From Eledone cirrhosa (lineage: Eukaryota): 64,000 nucleotides of DNA. Position 1 is the stretch's first letter. Every line of letters begins with the position of its first letter. A model generated the notes under the pieces. That model did not search any database, had not been told where the DNA came from, and worked only from the letters and a program-made list of their open reading frames with translations. The stretch is from NCBI GenBank assembly GCA_964016885.1, contig OZ024758.1:2232001-2296000 (forward strand), read 5' to 3'. The position numbers and the translations under genes are program-made. This document shows positions 12,038 through 25,140 of the stretch, piece by piece.

Positions 12038-12320
12038 ATCATCATCGTTTTATGTTTTCCATGAGTTGCCCTGTTGTGGGCAATGTTAGGTCAGGTAACT
12101 GTGTCTTGCTCAGACAGAACCGATTTCTGGTTTAGTTTCTACAGCTGGATGCCCTTCTTAGCACCAACCTCATTTTGTGAGTACTGGTTGCTTTTTGTTG
12201 TGACACCTACACAACCACTTTACAGTGTGTACTAGGTGTTTTTTATTGACTCCTACACAACCACTTTACAGTGTGTACTGGGTGCTTTTTGTTGACTCCT
12301 ACATGACCACTTTACACACG
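12038..12320 (-). mobile_element. RTE-tailed SINE / LINE 3'UTR fragment
   Basis: tttctacagctggatgccctt...accaacctcattt and the repeated tgtgacacctacacaaccactttacagtgtg motif, shared with 40996-41380 and 48815-49866. Confidence 0.75.
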
Positions 12321-12501
12321 CATGATATACATGGAGAGAAATCTGTGAGAGATCTGTTGCATAAAAGTTTTATCGAGTATCTAGCTCTCCATCTTTTCCA
12401 AACATCGTCTGTTACGATGTTAATGAAAGCTAATCAGGTGAAAATAATATTGATTTTCACCATGTCATTATATGAGTGGTACTTTAATGGTGGCACTACT
12501 A

Positions 12502-12675
12502 ACATGGTAGTGCTCACTAGAGTACTAATAATGTGGTGGTACACACTAGAGTACTAGTAACATGGTGGTACTCACTAGAGTACTAGTAGCGTGGTGGTAC
12601 TCACTAAAGTACTAGTAGCATGGTGGTACTCACTAGAGTACTAGTAGCATGGTGGTACTCACTAGAGTAGTAGTA
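12502..12675. repeat. 29-bp minisatellite, ~6 copies
   Basis: Unit catggtggtactcactagagtactagtag, e.g. at 12561 and 12590. Confidence 0.9.
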
Positions 12676-12714
12676 GTGTATATAATTATGTATATATATA
12701 TATATATATATAAA

Positions 12715-12915
12715 TAGTTATGTAATAAACAACATAAGACAATTATTCCATTTACCAAAGGTTTCACGAAGACAGACAAGCTCGAGACAGACGTCTGGAA
12801 TGGTTCATCAAAATGGGTCTGATGAACAATTCCAGACGTCTGTCTCGAGCTTGTCTGTCTTCGTGAAACCTTTGGTAAATGGAATAATTGTCTTATGTTG
12901 TTTATTACATAACTA
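12715..12915. repeat. Fold-back palindrome, 96-bp arms (1 mismatch), 9-nt loop; right arm carries the hammerhead-like core
   Basis: 12715-12810 is the reverse complement of 12820-12915; CTGATGA 12819-12825, GAAA 12865-12868, CC-ttt-GG-TA 12869-12877. Confidence 0.95.
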
Positions 12916-13009
12916 AATAGCTCTGTAGCCTACATAGAGCACTCTCCTTTCCTACGGAAACACTTAATGTGTATATATATATATGTATATGTATATGTAT
13001 ATATATATT

Positions 13010-13052
<43 letters not shown>

Positions 13053-13489
13053 GTATGTATATATATTTGTGTGTGTGTATATATATATATATGGTGGTGC
13101 TTGCTAGAGTAGTGGTAACATCTCATTTTATATGTATCTTCCTTGTATATTATCCTTTCTCTGTGTGTGTGTGTGTGTGTGTATTTGTGTGAATGTATGT
13201 GTGTATGTATGTAGATATGTTTGTGTGTTTGTTTGTAGGTATGTATATATATATATGTGTGTGCATGCATGCAAGTGTGTGTGTGTGTATGCTTGCATGC
13301 GTGTGTGAATGTATGTATGCATGTGTATATATATATGTATGTATGTATGTATATGTACACATACATTCATGTGTTTTACAATATTCATTGATCTCAAGTT
13401 AGAATCCTATGAAATATCTCCGTATTTATCCATTCTTATCACACAGCCGTGTGACTTCAGTCAATCAGTTCTGCTCTGGAAATAGATCT

Positions 13490-13926
13490 TTGTGTGTGTG
13501 TGTATACATAATTCCTACATCTCACACACACACTGACACACACACACACACACACACTGACACACACACACACACACACTGACACACACACACACACACA
13601 GAGGCACACACACACCCGTGTGTCTTCAGTCAATCAGTTCTGCTTTTTCCAATAAACATGCTCCACCTTTCTACCTCAATGTTGTATTATACACATTGTT
13701 TCATATTTACCAAGGCCTTTCTTTTTAATCATTTATTTCTATCCTCCTGCCCCTCCCCCTCCCGCCCCTTCCCCCACCCCCCTCTTTCCCCGCCCCTTCC
13801 CCCACCCCCTCTTTCCCCGCTTCCCCTCCCAGAGAGAAAGAGAGGGGTTCTTGTTATACTTGTTTTGCTCTGGAAATAGATCTTTGTGTGTGTGTGTATA
13901 CATAATTCCTACATCACACACACATT

Positions 13927-13983
<57 letters not shown>

Positions 13984-14168
13984 GCACACACACACACACA
14001 GAGGCACACACACATACAGAGGCACACACAGAGGCATACACACACAGACACACACACACACAGACACACACAGACAGACACACACAGACAGACACACACA
14101 GACAGACACACACAGACAGACACACACAGACAGACACACACAGACAGACACACACAGACAGACACACT
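13490..14168. repeat. CA/CAGA microsatellite region with a local duplication
   Basis: gctctggaaatagatctttgtgtg...atacataattcctacatc occurs twice (~13473 and ~13867), each followed by (CA)n. Confidence 0.85.
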
Positions 14169-14634
14169 ATGGCATTTATTCATAAACTGTTGACACTACA
14201 GTGTGTGTTGTGGGTGTAGCCAGTGTGATATAGGGTTGTCTGTGTTTGTCTAAGATTAAAAGTGACAGCACTACTGCACACATTGTCACCAAACTTCTTG
14301 CCATTGTCCATAATCTACAATCCCCTCACATGGGAATGGTTACTGTATTTCTTTAAAGGTTTGTCTCTGTCTATATAGTATATATGTGATGTGAATGTGT
14401 AGATATATAGGTTGGAAATGTTAGTTAACCCATTTAAACCGGCCACATCTAGCTACAATTCTCTCACCTCTCTCTGTTCAAACCGGTCGTAACCGGCCAC
14501 TCATATTTATGTTAGAGTAATGTAAATGCTAAAGAGTTAAGACTTGTTTCATAGGAGGAAAGTATGGTGAATTTAAGCATGAATTATTTGGTGGGTCTCA
14601 TTAATGCTCTATAAGTTAAGACATCTAGGTTTAA

Positions 14635-14855
14635 CCCTTTAGCATTTACATTACTTTATTTTTACTATTATATTTTCATGGTAAACGCTTTATTTCACAA
14701 AATTATCTCACATGATATCGAATCTATGAGATTTTGATATTATTTATTTCAAGAACAATACCTTAACATCACTATGAACGGCCACTTACAGTTGATTTGA
14801 ACAGAAAGAGGTGAGGGAACTCTGGCCGGATATGGCCTGTTTAAATACTAAAGGG
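14635..14855 (-). mobile_element. piggyBac-type MITE, complete
   Basis: TTAA 14631-14634 | ccctttagcattta ... taaatactaaaggg | TTAA 14856-14859; shorter copies nearby at ~14425-14540 and ~15020-15177. Confidence 0.92.
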
Positions 14856-15180
14856 TTAAAGTTGCATTGGTTAGTTGACTGCTTTGAGGGATGAGACTTT
14901 TGTCTGTGATGAAGAAACTAAGCATCTTAATTCTTAACTTGCTATAACTCTTGAAATCATATTGAAAAGTATTTTTGAAAAGTACAAAACGGCAATATGA
15001 CTACATGTTAAAATACGTCATATAATATCTCACATAATATCGAATCTATGAGATTTTTATATTATTTTGAGAACAATACCATAACGTAAGTACGTGCAGT
15101 CGGGTTATGGCCAGTTTGAACAGAAAGAGGTGAGAGATTCTGGCCGGATACGGCCGGTTTGAATGCTAAAGGGTTAAATT

Positions 15181-15340
15181 GACCCCAGCACATTACTGGT
15201 TCTTTATTTTATCAACCCTGTAAGGATGAAAGACAAAGCTAACTTCGGTGGGATTTCAACTCAGAACGTAAAGGAATGCAACTCTGTGCCGCAATGCAGG
15301 GTGTCTGGTGCTCTACCGATACTGCTAATCTACCACCTGT
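15181..15340 (-). mobile_element. SINE-A, reverse orientation
   Basis: Reverse complement matches 2367-2553; further + copies at ~15500-15632, ~15925-16132 and ~16453-16534. Confidence 0.85.
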
Positions 15341-17118
15341 TGATATAATGAGATTATGACCTAGCGTGATATCTAAACTATGTTGTCATTGTATTAATTG
15401 ATTAAATATTGTCTGGACATTGACAACTACCAGATCAGTCTGTGCATATGAAAACTAGAAATCCCAAGTGTATTCCATTGTTATTAAATACAATAACTAC
15501 AATCCCGCCGAGGTTAGCTTTGCCTTTCATCCTTTCCGGGTTGATGAAATAAAGCACCAGTAATGTACCGAGAGAGATTTAATTGGCTTTGCCCTCCCCT
15601 AAAATTGCTGGCCTTGTGCTTAACTCAGAAACTGTAATTGAGTAAGGTCGGTACATTATTTAGAGTTTCCTGCTACAATAGTTACTATATTCTCTTTGGT
15701 TTTGTTTATTGAATAATAGGTCATCAGGTTTGTCAAGGTTTTTAGCTACTGAACATAATGCAAAATCAATGACTGTCATTGCTGATTTGTGGAGTTGTAT
15801 CAAGCAGCTGGTGTTGTATGTTGTCTGGTGTAAGGTGTATTAAGGTATCAACCAGGGAGTCTATTGTTAAGATTGCTCTACTGCCTTTCTTTAGCAAGGA
15901 TGGGTATTCAGGTTGCATCTGACCAATGGCTACTGTAGAGCGTCAGACACCTTCACCATGCTTTGTGGCATAGTTACGGCCCTTTACGTTCTGAGTGCAA
16001 ATCCTACCTAGGTTAGTTTTGCTTTTCATCCTTATGAGGTCGATAAAATAAAGCACCAGTAATGCACTGAATCGATTTAATTGACTTTCCATGCTCCTTC
16101 AAATTGATGACCTTGTGCCTAAATCAGAAACCAATATAAAAGGGACTGTGTTGAACAAGATTGAGAGAACTAAGGTTGGAGTGTTTCCTATTTGGCTTTA
16201 GCGAAAGTATCACTGATGTGTGAGTGGAGCGGGAAGTGCTGCCTTTTAGTAAAGGTGGTTGATAGTGGCAAATATTGGGTCAACTTTCAATATGTGGCTG
16301 TAGACTGGAGATCACAACTGATAAAGGGCAATTGCACGTGTGGTAGTCATGACAATCTCTGATTGGTTGTCTTGGTGGGACAATTTTATTTCACTATCAT
16401 CATCATCATCATCATCATCATTTAACCTTTGCATTTACATTATTCTATATTTAGGTGGATTGGCAGTAGCGGTAGAGTGTCGGACACCATGCTTTTCAGC
16501 ATAGAGTTACGGCCCTTTACTGTCCGAGTTCAAATCTATGAGATTTTGATATTATTTATTTTGAGAACAATACCTTAACATCAGTATGAGTGGCAAGTTA
16601 CAGCTAAACGGTGATGATGATGATATAAATAGCTGAAAACAATTTATCAATCCACAATAGAATCACGATAAAGTATAAAATATTCACGTGAAGTTTGATC
16701 AATTTTTATCTATTAATCAATCATTTACGTTTTATTTTGGATCTGACTAAATTAGTTTTCTGTAAAAACATTCACATATGTTCGCCAAATGCAGAACTAA
16801 TAATACACCCATATTTCAAGGAATTGTCAGCTATTATTGGGGATCATGTTTGAAATTAATTCTGTAGTTGTGTAGGATTATATAATAAAATTATTTTAAT
16901 ATTCTTTTTTGTAACTAATTAGTCCTTTATTTAAAATATATTTTTATATACCTTTTAATTATTTTTTGGTATCAAAATGATTTAGGTTTAGAAGTTCTAT
17001 GTATCAGGTTGGGACTAAATCCCCAAAGATTTCAATGAAAAGAAAACAAACTTGAGCAATAAAAATATACAGTTCAGTTAGAAAATTGTAGAAACTTGAA
17101 GCTAAAGGTATTAGTTAA

Positions 17119-17530
17119 CCCTTTAACATTTACATTACTCTATATATACTATTGTATGTTCACAGTAAAGGCTTTACCTCACATAATATCTCACATAACA
17201 TTTACATTACTCTATATATACTATTGTATGTTCACAGTAAAGGCTTTACCTCACATAATATCTCACATAACATTTACATTACTCTATATATACTATTGTA
17301 TTTTCACAGTAAAGACTTTACCTCACATAATATCTCACATAACATTTACATTACTCTATATATACTATTGTATTGTCACAATAAAGGCTTTATCATATAA
17401 TTATCTCACATAATATCAAATCTATGAGATTTTGATATTATTTATTTTGAGATCAATGCCTTAACATCAGTATAAGCAGCCGGTTACAGCTAGTTTGAAC
17501 AGAGAGAGGTGAGAGAATTCTGGCCAGGTA
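17119..17530 (-). mobile_element. piggyBac-type MITE with four internal 72-bp units
   Basis: TTAA-ccctttaacattta start; unit acatttacattactctatatatactattg... at 17126, 17198, 17270 and 17342, then the MITE body. Confidence 0.9.
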
Positions 17531-17609
17531 TGAGCTGACCAGGTTGTTTTTAGATATAGGATGACCAGGTTGGAGATATGAGGAAAATTTTGTTGCCACC
17601 AAATATTTT

Positions 17610-17755
17610 TCCATGATAAGCTTGGCTAGTCTCGCTTGGCGATCCAGCCGCATCAGTTGGAGATGGTTGTTTCTGACAGGAGCCGCTGGAAGGAGTGTTT
17701 GAGGACTCTGCCCCCATAACCCTCTCAGGAAATAGTGGGCAAAGAAGAAGAAGTG
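17610..17755 (+). mobile_element. Expander/Rex3-like RTE C-terminal fragment
   Basis: Translation RLAIQPHQLEMVVSDRSRWKECLRTLPP*PS; homologous to 59070-59260 on the minus strand. Confidence 0.7.
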
Positions 17756-17811
17756 ATTGTTTTAGTTTCAACACGTTAGATCGTCATTTTCCAAAAAGCT
17801 ACACCTCCTAA

Positions 17812-18006
17812 CATCATCATCATCAATTTACGTCCACTTTTCCCTGCTTGCAAGGGTGGGACGGGTCCTCTTCAACACAGCATCTCTCCATTTGTCATGA
17901 TTCTTCATCATCTCCTCCGTGAGCTTCAGTGATCTGAGGTCAGCTCTCACCACCTCCGCCCATGATTTTCGTGGTCTTCCCCTACTGCGTCTTCCCTCTG
18001 CTGGGA
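17812..18006 (-). mobile_element. 5'-truncated RTE-a 3' end
   Basis: Homologous to 1376-1624 and 6795-6950. Confidence 0.9.
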
Positions 18007-19777
18007 ATAAATTCTCAGTAACCTTTTAAATAAAAAAAAAAAAAGGGAAGATTTTGTTAAATTTACATTGTATTTAAGCAAACTACTGGCTAATATATAA
18101 AATGTAAGTGATATTAGATTGTATAAGTACGCATTTATAATGGGAAATGTTGCCTGATAGACTTATTGTTCCTTTGTTTTTCTGTCCCAAATTGTTGTTC
18201 ATAATATAATTTACAAAATCTGATGGCAGCAAATTGGCAAAGTTGCACAGCATTGGACTTGGCAGAGTTTAATGAGAAAGCAATGTGTTCAGCTGTGGCG
18301 GAACCTCATCTAGCCAAGCTTTGTAACTGACACTCTTGTCGACATGACAAGAAAAATCAGTGAAGGAAAGAAAGAATAAAAATAATTTGATATTGAAATT
18401 GTAACAAGTAGACAATTATTGTTAGTGGACACAGAATTATTATCACAGCTGATAGATTAAATCAAATTACAAACTATAATTTGTCACTAACAATAGTTTA
18501 TGTAACTCTGATTATATCTCTGATTATATTCTCTGATATAAATTCTCTGATATAAATATTAAACTTTCGAAATATTACTAATTCTTACATTTTAAGGTAG
18601 ACATTTATGAGTTATTTATTTTAATGTAAATATATTTTAACCCTTTATCATTTACATTACTTTATATTTACTATTATATTTTCACAGTAGAGGCTTTACC
18701 TCACATAATTACGAATATGGGATTTTGATATTTATTTTGAGAACAATACCTTAACATCAGTGTGTGTAAATTCTGAAGCTGAATAACAAAGACTATGTAT
18801 ATTGTGTAGATTCTGAAGCTAAATAACAAACAGTTGTTGTCAGTTTGTGTAGATTCTGAAGCTAAATAACAAATACAGTTGAAAAGTGAATTCTATGAAG
18901 CTTATGTTAATATGTAGAGTTTGGATTCTGTTTTTAACCTGTGAGGAAATCTAACTTAATTAATCTAACACTGTGGAAAGATTGTATTATTTCTTCTTTT
19001 GTTATTTCTGGATCTCAAGACTGTTATAGTTATTTATAGGGCATAATCTATCTTAGTTCTATTTTTGTATCTTTTACAGTTTACAAATGTTGTAATAAAA
19101 CAGATGTAAAATCAATAAGATGATATTTTGATTTAAATATGTTTTTTTTAGATAGTTTTTATAATTTCAACAACAACTTAAATTCTTTTACAAATTGTTC
19201 AAGTTGGATGAAAAAAATATGATATATGAAAGTAAACGATACAATTTTTTGAGTGATATTAGAGTTTTTTTAAGACTTGGTTACTATACAAAAACTAGTT
19301 TCTTTACAATCTAGCACCTGCAAGATATTTTATCGAGACAGTGAAAGAGTTAATCTATGATATTTTATTCAATATTTATTGATCTTTAACTATTGTGTAT
19401 ATATTATGCAATAGTAATTTTTTTAAATTGTTATCTATTCAGATAATTAAAGTTTAGTGTATGTAATGTATACTTGTCCATGAACATGTACTGGAGGAAT
19501 CTTTTGTAATACAATTCTTTGCATAGCAAATAATTTATAAATCTCTTGTAAGGAGATATTCTTTCTCTTTTATTGTTTGTTTGTATTGTGAATCTCTATA
19601 TAAACTTCAATGAAATGAATGATTTAATTATGTAGTTGAAGTTGTACAGCAGATGTCTTTTGGCTTGTCTGTTGTTGATGTCTTTTGGTCTGTCTGTAGT
19701 TGTTCTCTGTTGAAGGTAGAAAGATTTCTATGTTTCTGTGACATAAGTGCAAAATACTGAGCAGAGATTTATATTAA

Positions 19778-19982
19778 CCCTTTAGCATTTATACCAGTCA
19801 TATCCGACCAGAATTCCCTCACCTCTTTCTGTTCAAACCGGCCGTAATCAGCCACTCATACTGATGTTAAGGTATTGTTCTTAAAATAAATATCAAAATC
19901 TCGTAGATTCGATATTATGTGAGGTAAAGCCTTTACCATAAAAATACAATAGTATATATAGAGTAATGTAAATGCTAAAGGG
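19778..19982 (+). mobile_element. piggyBac-type MITE, complete (reference copy)
   Basis: Perfect 14-bp TIR CCCTTTAGCATTTA/TAAATGCTAAAGGG with TTAA at 19774-19777 and 19983-19986; no coding capacity. Confidence 0.95.
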
Positions 19983-21205
19983 TTAAAGATGGAACAAGAA
20001 GTTACCATTGAATGCTATGAGGAATGGAACCCCATCTCTTTAAAGGGCCTAGCTGGTATCTAGGTGGTATAAGGTTCGATTCTTCTTAATGCCCAATAGC
20101 ATCTTCTTTTTTCTGACTTTGAGTCTGTAGCCTATTTTATAGCATCTCTACATATGAGCCCACTACTTTTTCTATTAACTTTATTCTTTGAGCGATTTGT
20201 TGAAGTCTGAGAGATCAGCTTCGTATACACAATGTTGATAAGGAGACATGTTTGAAATTATTTGTCAAGGTTTTGAAGGACTTTATTCAGAGTAATGAGT
20301 TTTTTACTGAAATTTTACTAAAACAAAATAAATAAATGAATAAATAAATAAAAATAAGTGGACAAACCCTGTTATGAAAGCCGACCAGGGTCAACTCTGT
20401 ATTTCACCTTTAGGATGTTGATAAAATAAGGTACTAGTCTTGTTATATATACAATGGCTTTACCTGAAATTACTGCCAGGTGTCTAAATTAAAGACCATT
20501 AACAGGATATTTCCTCTTCTTTCTCTCTTTCTCTTTTCCTTTTCCTCTGCTTCTCCTTACCTCCCCTTTACTTATCTCTCTACCCCCCCCCCCTCTCCAC
20601 TTTTCCCCATTTCTTTAGATTTCTTTCTTTCCCATAATTTTCTTCCCATCCCATCACTTTCTCTTCTTCCAAAGCTATTTTCTTCCTTCACTCAATCTTC
20701 TCCCCCCACACACCACACACACACACACACACACACTCCCCCCCTCTCTCTCCACTTTCTCTCTTTTCTCAAGCTTCTCTTTCTTTCCCACAATTTTCTT
20801 CCCATTCTCTCATTTTCTCTTCTTCCAAAGCTATTTTCTTCCTTCACTCACCCCCCCACATTCCCCCACCCACCACATTCGATTAGTTCTAGAAAGACTG
20901 TAAACTCCCAAGACTTTCTACTGTTTAATTAAATCTTCTTTAGCTTATTCTGCTGACTCACTATAATGAGAGAAAGAAAATTAACCTATAATTTTACGCC
21001 ACGGGTCACTTGTCATTAATGACTGGCTTTGTTGTAGGTCAAATCAGACAGTAATAGTGTTAGGAAATTATCATTCTATATCAATTTTGTATCCTTTGTC
21101 TATCTCCTGCAAAATCTATAGGGTAAAGCCTTTTTTCTCCTTTATTCTACACTAGGGTAAGTTAATTTGTCTGATTTTTTTTTTCTTTCTCCTTTTTACT
21201 GTTAA

Positions 21206-21395
21206 CCCTTTAGCATTTAAACGGGTCATATCCGGCCAGAATTCTCTCTCTCTCTGTTCAAACCAGCTGTAACCGGCCGCTTATACTGATGTTAAGGTAT
21301 TGTTCTTCAAATCTCATATATTTGATACTATGTGAGATAAAGCCATTACCATGAAAATATAATAGTATATATAGAGTAATGTAAATACTAAAGGG
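21206..21395 (+). mobile_element. piggyBac-type MITE, complete
   Basis: TTAA at 21202-21205 and 21396-21399 flanking the same TIRs. Confidence 0.92.
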
Positions 21396-24300
21396 TTAAG
21401 CCAGGGAGGGAATGGCTGTGCATCTAATCCTTTGTTTCTTCAGGGCCTCTGAGATTAGTAGAAGGAAAGGATGAAGTTATCCTCAAATCCTGATCTAAAT
21501 ACTTTCAACAAAAGGAATTCTGTTAAAAGTAGACAAGGACTAGGAAGTTAGAGGTGTTAAACTAGGTGATTGTTTAAGTCCAATACTCAAGACCAAGAAC
21601 TTAGAATGAATCCTACAAGTTGTCTTGTTCAATGTTCTAACAATTCTCTTAATCCGCCATTATAGATTGGTACTTTAACAATTATGAAAGGATGAAAAGC
21701 AAAGTTGATCTTGGTGATATTTGAGCTCAGAATTAAGGGAACTGGAACAAATGCTGCTCTATATTTTGTTGTATTGACTACTAATTCACTGTTTGTTATA
21801 TAATGTAAATACTAAAGGGTTGAATATGAACATTTTAAAGTAAACATTTTTATTATAGAAACAGGAGCAGTTTTAGGTGGGTTGGTATCTGATGAATTGA
21901 AAGATGGTAGAATATTAGAGAGGGGTTGGTAATGCAAGGATTATAAGGTGGTATATCTGATGGATTATAAGGTGGTATCTGATGGATTATAAGGTGGTAG
22001 GATGTAATATGAGGGAGATTTGTTTCTTGTATGTCAACAATTTATGCTGAAGTTTTCTTGTTAGCTCTCAAGCTAATTATAATTACTGGATGAAAGCCAT
22101 AGCATCACTTCTCCTGCTGTTGTCATTGAGAAAAACCTAATTGATTGTTACATTCTTCCACTTTCTATTTGCTCTCCTTCACAAATCTTTGTTCTGCAGA
22201 AGTAAGAACTCTAATTCTACAATCAAATAACAGAATTAGTTAGTCCACTTTATAATATTTATGGCTTTTTTTCTGTTTTTAATTTTACTTTTTTCCCCTG
22301 GTATCTTTTGATTTATTGTCAAAACTGTCAGCAGTGAAGTACTAAAAGTTGTGAGTAATATCTACTTAAATATTTCAAATTAAATAATTCTTTTTTCTCA
22401 GGAAATACTAAGTAATCTTGTTATTGTTTGTGCAAATGGAAGTGAGTGGCTATTTGTAAAAATGTAATACTCATATTTAGTAACATAAGCAAGAACAAAT
22501 GATATTTTGTGAGGTTTCATAATGAGTTCTTTGTAGCATATGTGTTCCCCATCTTGGGCTGGATATTTGACAATATGTATTCTTAAGCGTGTGTGTGCAT
22601 ATGTTTGTATGTATGGACTATGACCAGTGACACCAGTTGCAAATGTCACCCTATCTTGTGAGGAGGCTCCTTCGTCAGACGGGCTGCCGACGTTCCGATC
22701 TTGTGGAGGAGCTCGGCAGAGCGGGGTCCAAGTATGCCTGAGGTCTCGACATAACTATGTAAACAACATGCATTCAATGATTTCTGTGGTGTTTGATGCT
22801 TCTGTAATATTTTTATATATAAAACCAGCTATCTATACTAGGATATATATTATATATATAATACCAGGAACCTAGACTCTGCTATCTATACTAGGATATA
22901 ATACCAGGAACCTATTATATATAAAACTAGGAATGTAGACTCAGCTATTTATACCTGGATCTATATATAATTATAAGCCAAGCCTCAATTAATATAAACA
23001 ACTTGTTAACATTTGCTAGCAGGGAAAATGGACATTAAAGTGTGGTGATGAATTAATCCCATAAAAATATCCTACCTATTGAATTCATAGAATTGAAAGT
23101 TATATCAAATATAGTAATTGAATCCAGTCCAAAGAAAATATGCAATAAATGTTTTAGAAACAGTTTACAACATTTATTAATTTAATTAAATACCATTAGA
23201 CAATAAAAATGTATTTATTGTAAATTTATTTTTATTTTTACAATATGAACAATACAATAAAATGCATTTTATTCTGGAGAATGAAATTATAAAATTTGTG
23301 AAATGAGTGAATGTAAGCAAATTCTTAAATATTGCGGAAGAAATTAGTTTGTTCTTTCTTTAGATGATAAAACTAAAACATCTGAAGAAGATAGCAATCT
23401 ATGTATAAATTTGAGCAACTTCTGTCTGTCCGTTCATCACATAATGTGCGTGTGCGTGTGTGCATGTGTGTGTGTGTTTATGTATTTGTGTGTAAAAGGA
23501 AGGAAGGGTATGGTGAAGAACATGTAGCAAAACAGCAGCTGGTGTTCCATTTGCTATGCTGTGTGTGTGTGTATTTGTGTAAATGTATGTATGTATGTGC
23601 ATGTGTGAATGTATGTGTTAGTATGAATGTATGTGTATTTGTGTGAATGTATGTCTGTAAGCGTCTCTATTTTTGTGTCTGTTTTCGCATTTATATTTAT
23701 ATATTGATACATATAAATGTATGGTTATGCACATACAGACATGCACACATATACATATACATGTTAGCATGTTGAAAAAAACTCCTCGTATGCAGAAAAA
23801 AGTTTTCTATGAAGGAATATGAAAAATATCTCCAGAAATGTGGAACCATTGAAAGATATCACCAATCCCAACACTGAGAGAAGTTTGGAAATCTGCCAAG
23901 ATCCTAACTATTGTTTTTTTTTTTACTAAATTACAATCTTATGAAGATTTAATGAAGGATAAGTTAGTGCAATCTAATTTCATTAAAATGAAAAACAAAA
24001 GTCTATGTAATAGAGTCTGGGTATTTTTCTTTTGCTAATAATAAAATTTAAAATTTACTTCCATTTACACATTCCACTGTATAAATATATCATATTTTTT
24101 TTTACATATATCTTAAAATTTCTTTTCCCTAAATAAAATGTACATTATGGTATTGTTTAAACTGTATAAGAAGAATGAATTATACAATGTTTTGGGGGTT
24201 TTTTCTTGTTTTTTTTTTGTCAATTGATATTTAATTAGATTTTAAAAAAAGGTTGGAAACAGTTTCTTAACATTTTTATTGTGCATTTTTATTATATAAC

Positions 24301-24620
24301 TTTGAATACCACAAAATCAATATATTCACAGTTTTATCAGATTAATTATTTGAACTGATTGAGGTATAAGCATGTGTGTGTGTGTGGTTGCGTTTGTGTG
24401 CTACTGGTAACATGTAACCCAATACAAACTGTCCATGGTCGGTCATCAGCAACTAAACTGGCAACCCTGCCCTCATTGATTTTTATATCAAAATAAAGTT
24501 CCGAAAAGTCCTCTTCATAATTATTATTTTCAACAATAATCAATTTATAGTGCTCCATCTTGTGACGACCTTTAATCACTGTAATTTAATTGTTTATAGC
24601 CATTTTTAATAGTTCATTAA

Positions 24621-24806
24621 CCCTTTAACATTTAAACTGGTCAGAAATCTCTCACCTCTTTCTATTTAAACTGGCCATAACAGGCTGCTCATATTTATGT
24701 TAAGGTATTGTTCTCAAAATAAATATCAAAATCTCGTAGATTCGATATTATGTGAGATAAATCTATACTGTTAAAATACAATAGTAAATATAGAGTAATG
24801 TAAATG
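24621..24806 (+). mobile_element. piggyBac-type MITE, right TIR incomplete
   Basis: TTAA-ccctttaacattta start and family body. Confidence 0.88.
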
Positions 24807-24890
24807 GTACAATTTATTTAGTTCTATTCCTACAACAAATGTGCCAAAACTCCAGTCCCTCTTTTTAGTTAGCTCTTATGACATGCAGGA

Positions 24891-25140
24891 ATATCGTCAT
24901 CACCATATTGTCATCACCATATTGTCACCACCATATCGTCATCACCATATCGTCACCACCATATCGTCACCACCATATCGTCACCACCATATCGTCACCA
25001 CCATATTGTCACCACCATATTGTCACCACCATATCGTCACCACCATATCGTCACCACCATATCGTCACCACCATATCGTCACCACCATATCGTCACCACC
25101 ATATCGTCACCACCATATCGTCACCACCATATCGTTATCA
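24891..25140. repeat. 14-bp minisatellite (atatcgtcaccacc)n
   Basis: About 17 units, followed by an RTE-type tail remnant (tcatcatt...atgtccattattccatgcttg). Confidence 0.93.

Noticed and set aside
12905-14185. His/Thr-, Cys/Val- and Tyr/Ile-rich ORFs here and across the window
   Set aside because: CA, TG and TA dinucleotide repeats lack stop codons by composition.
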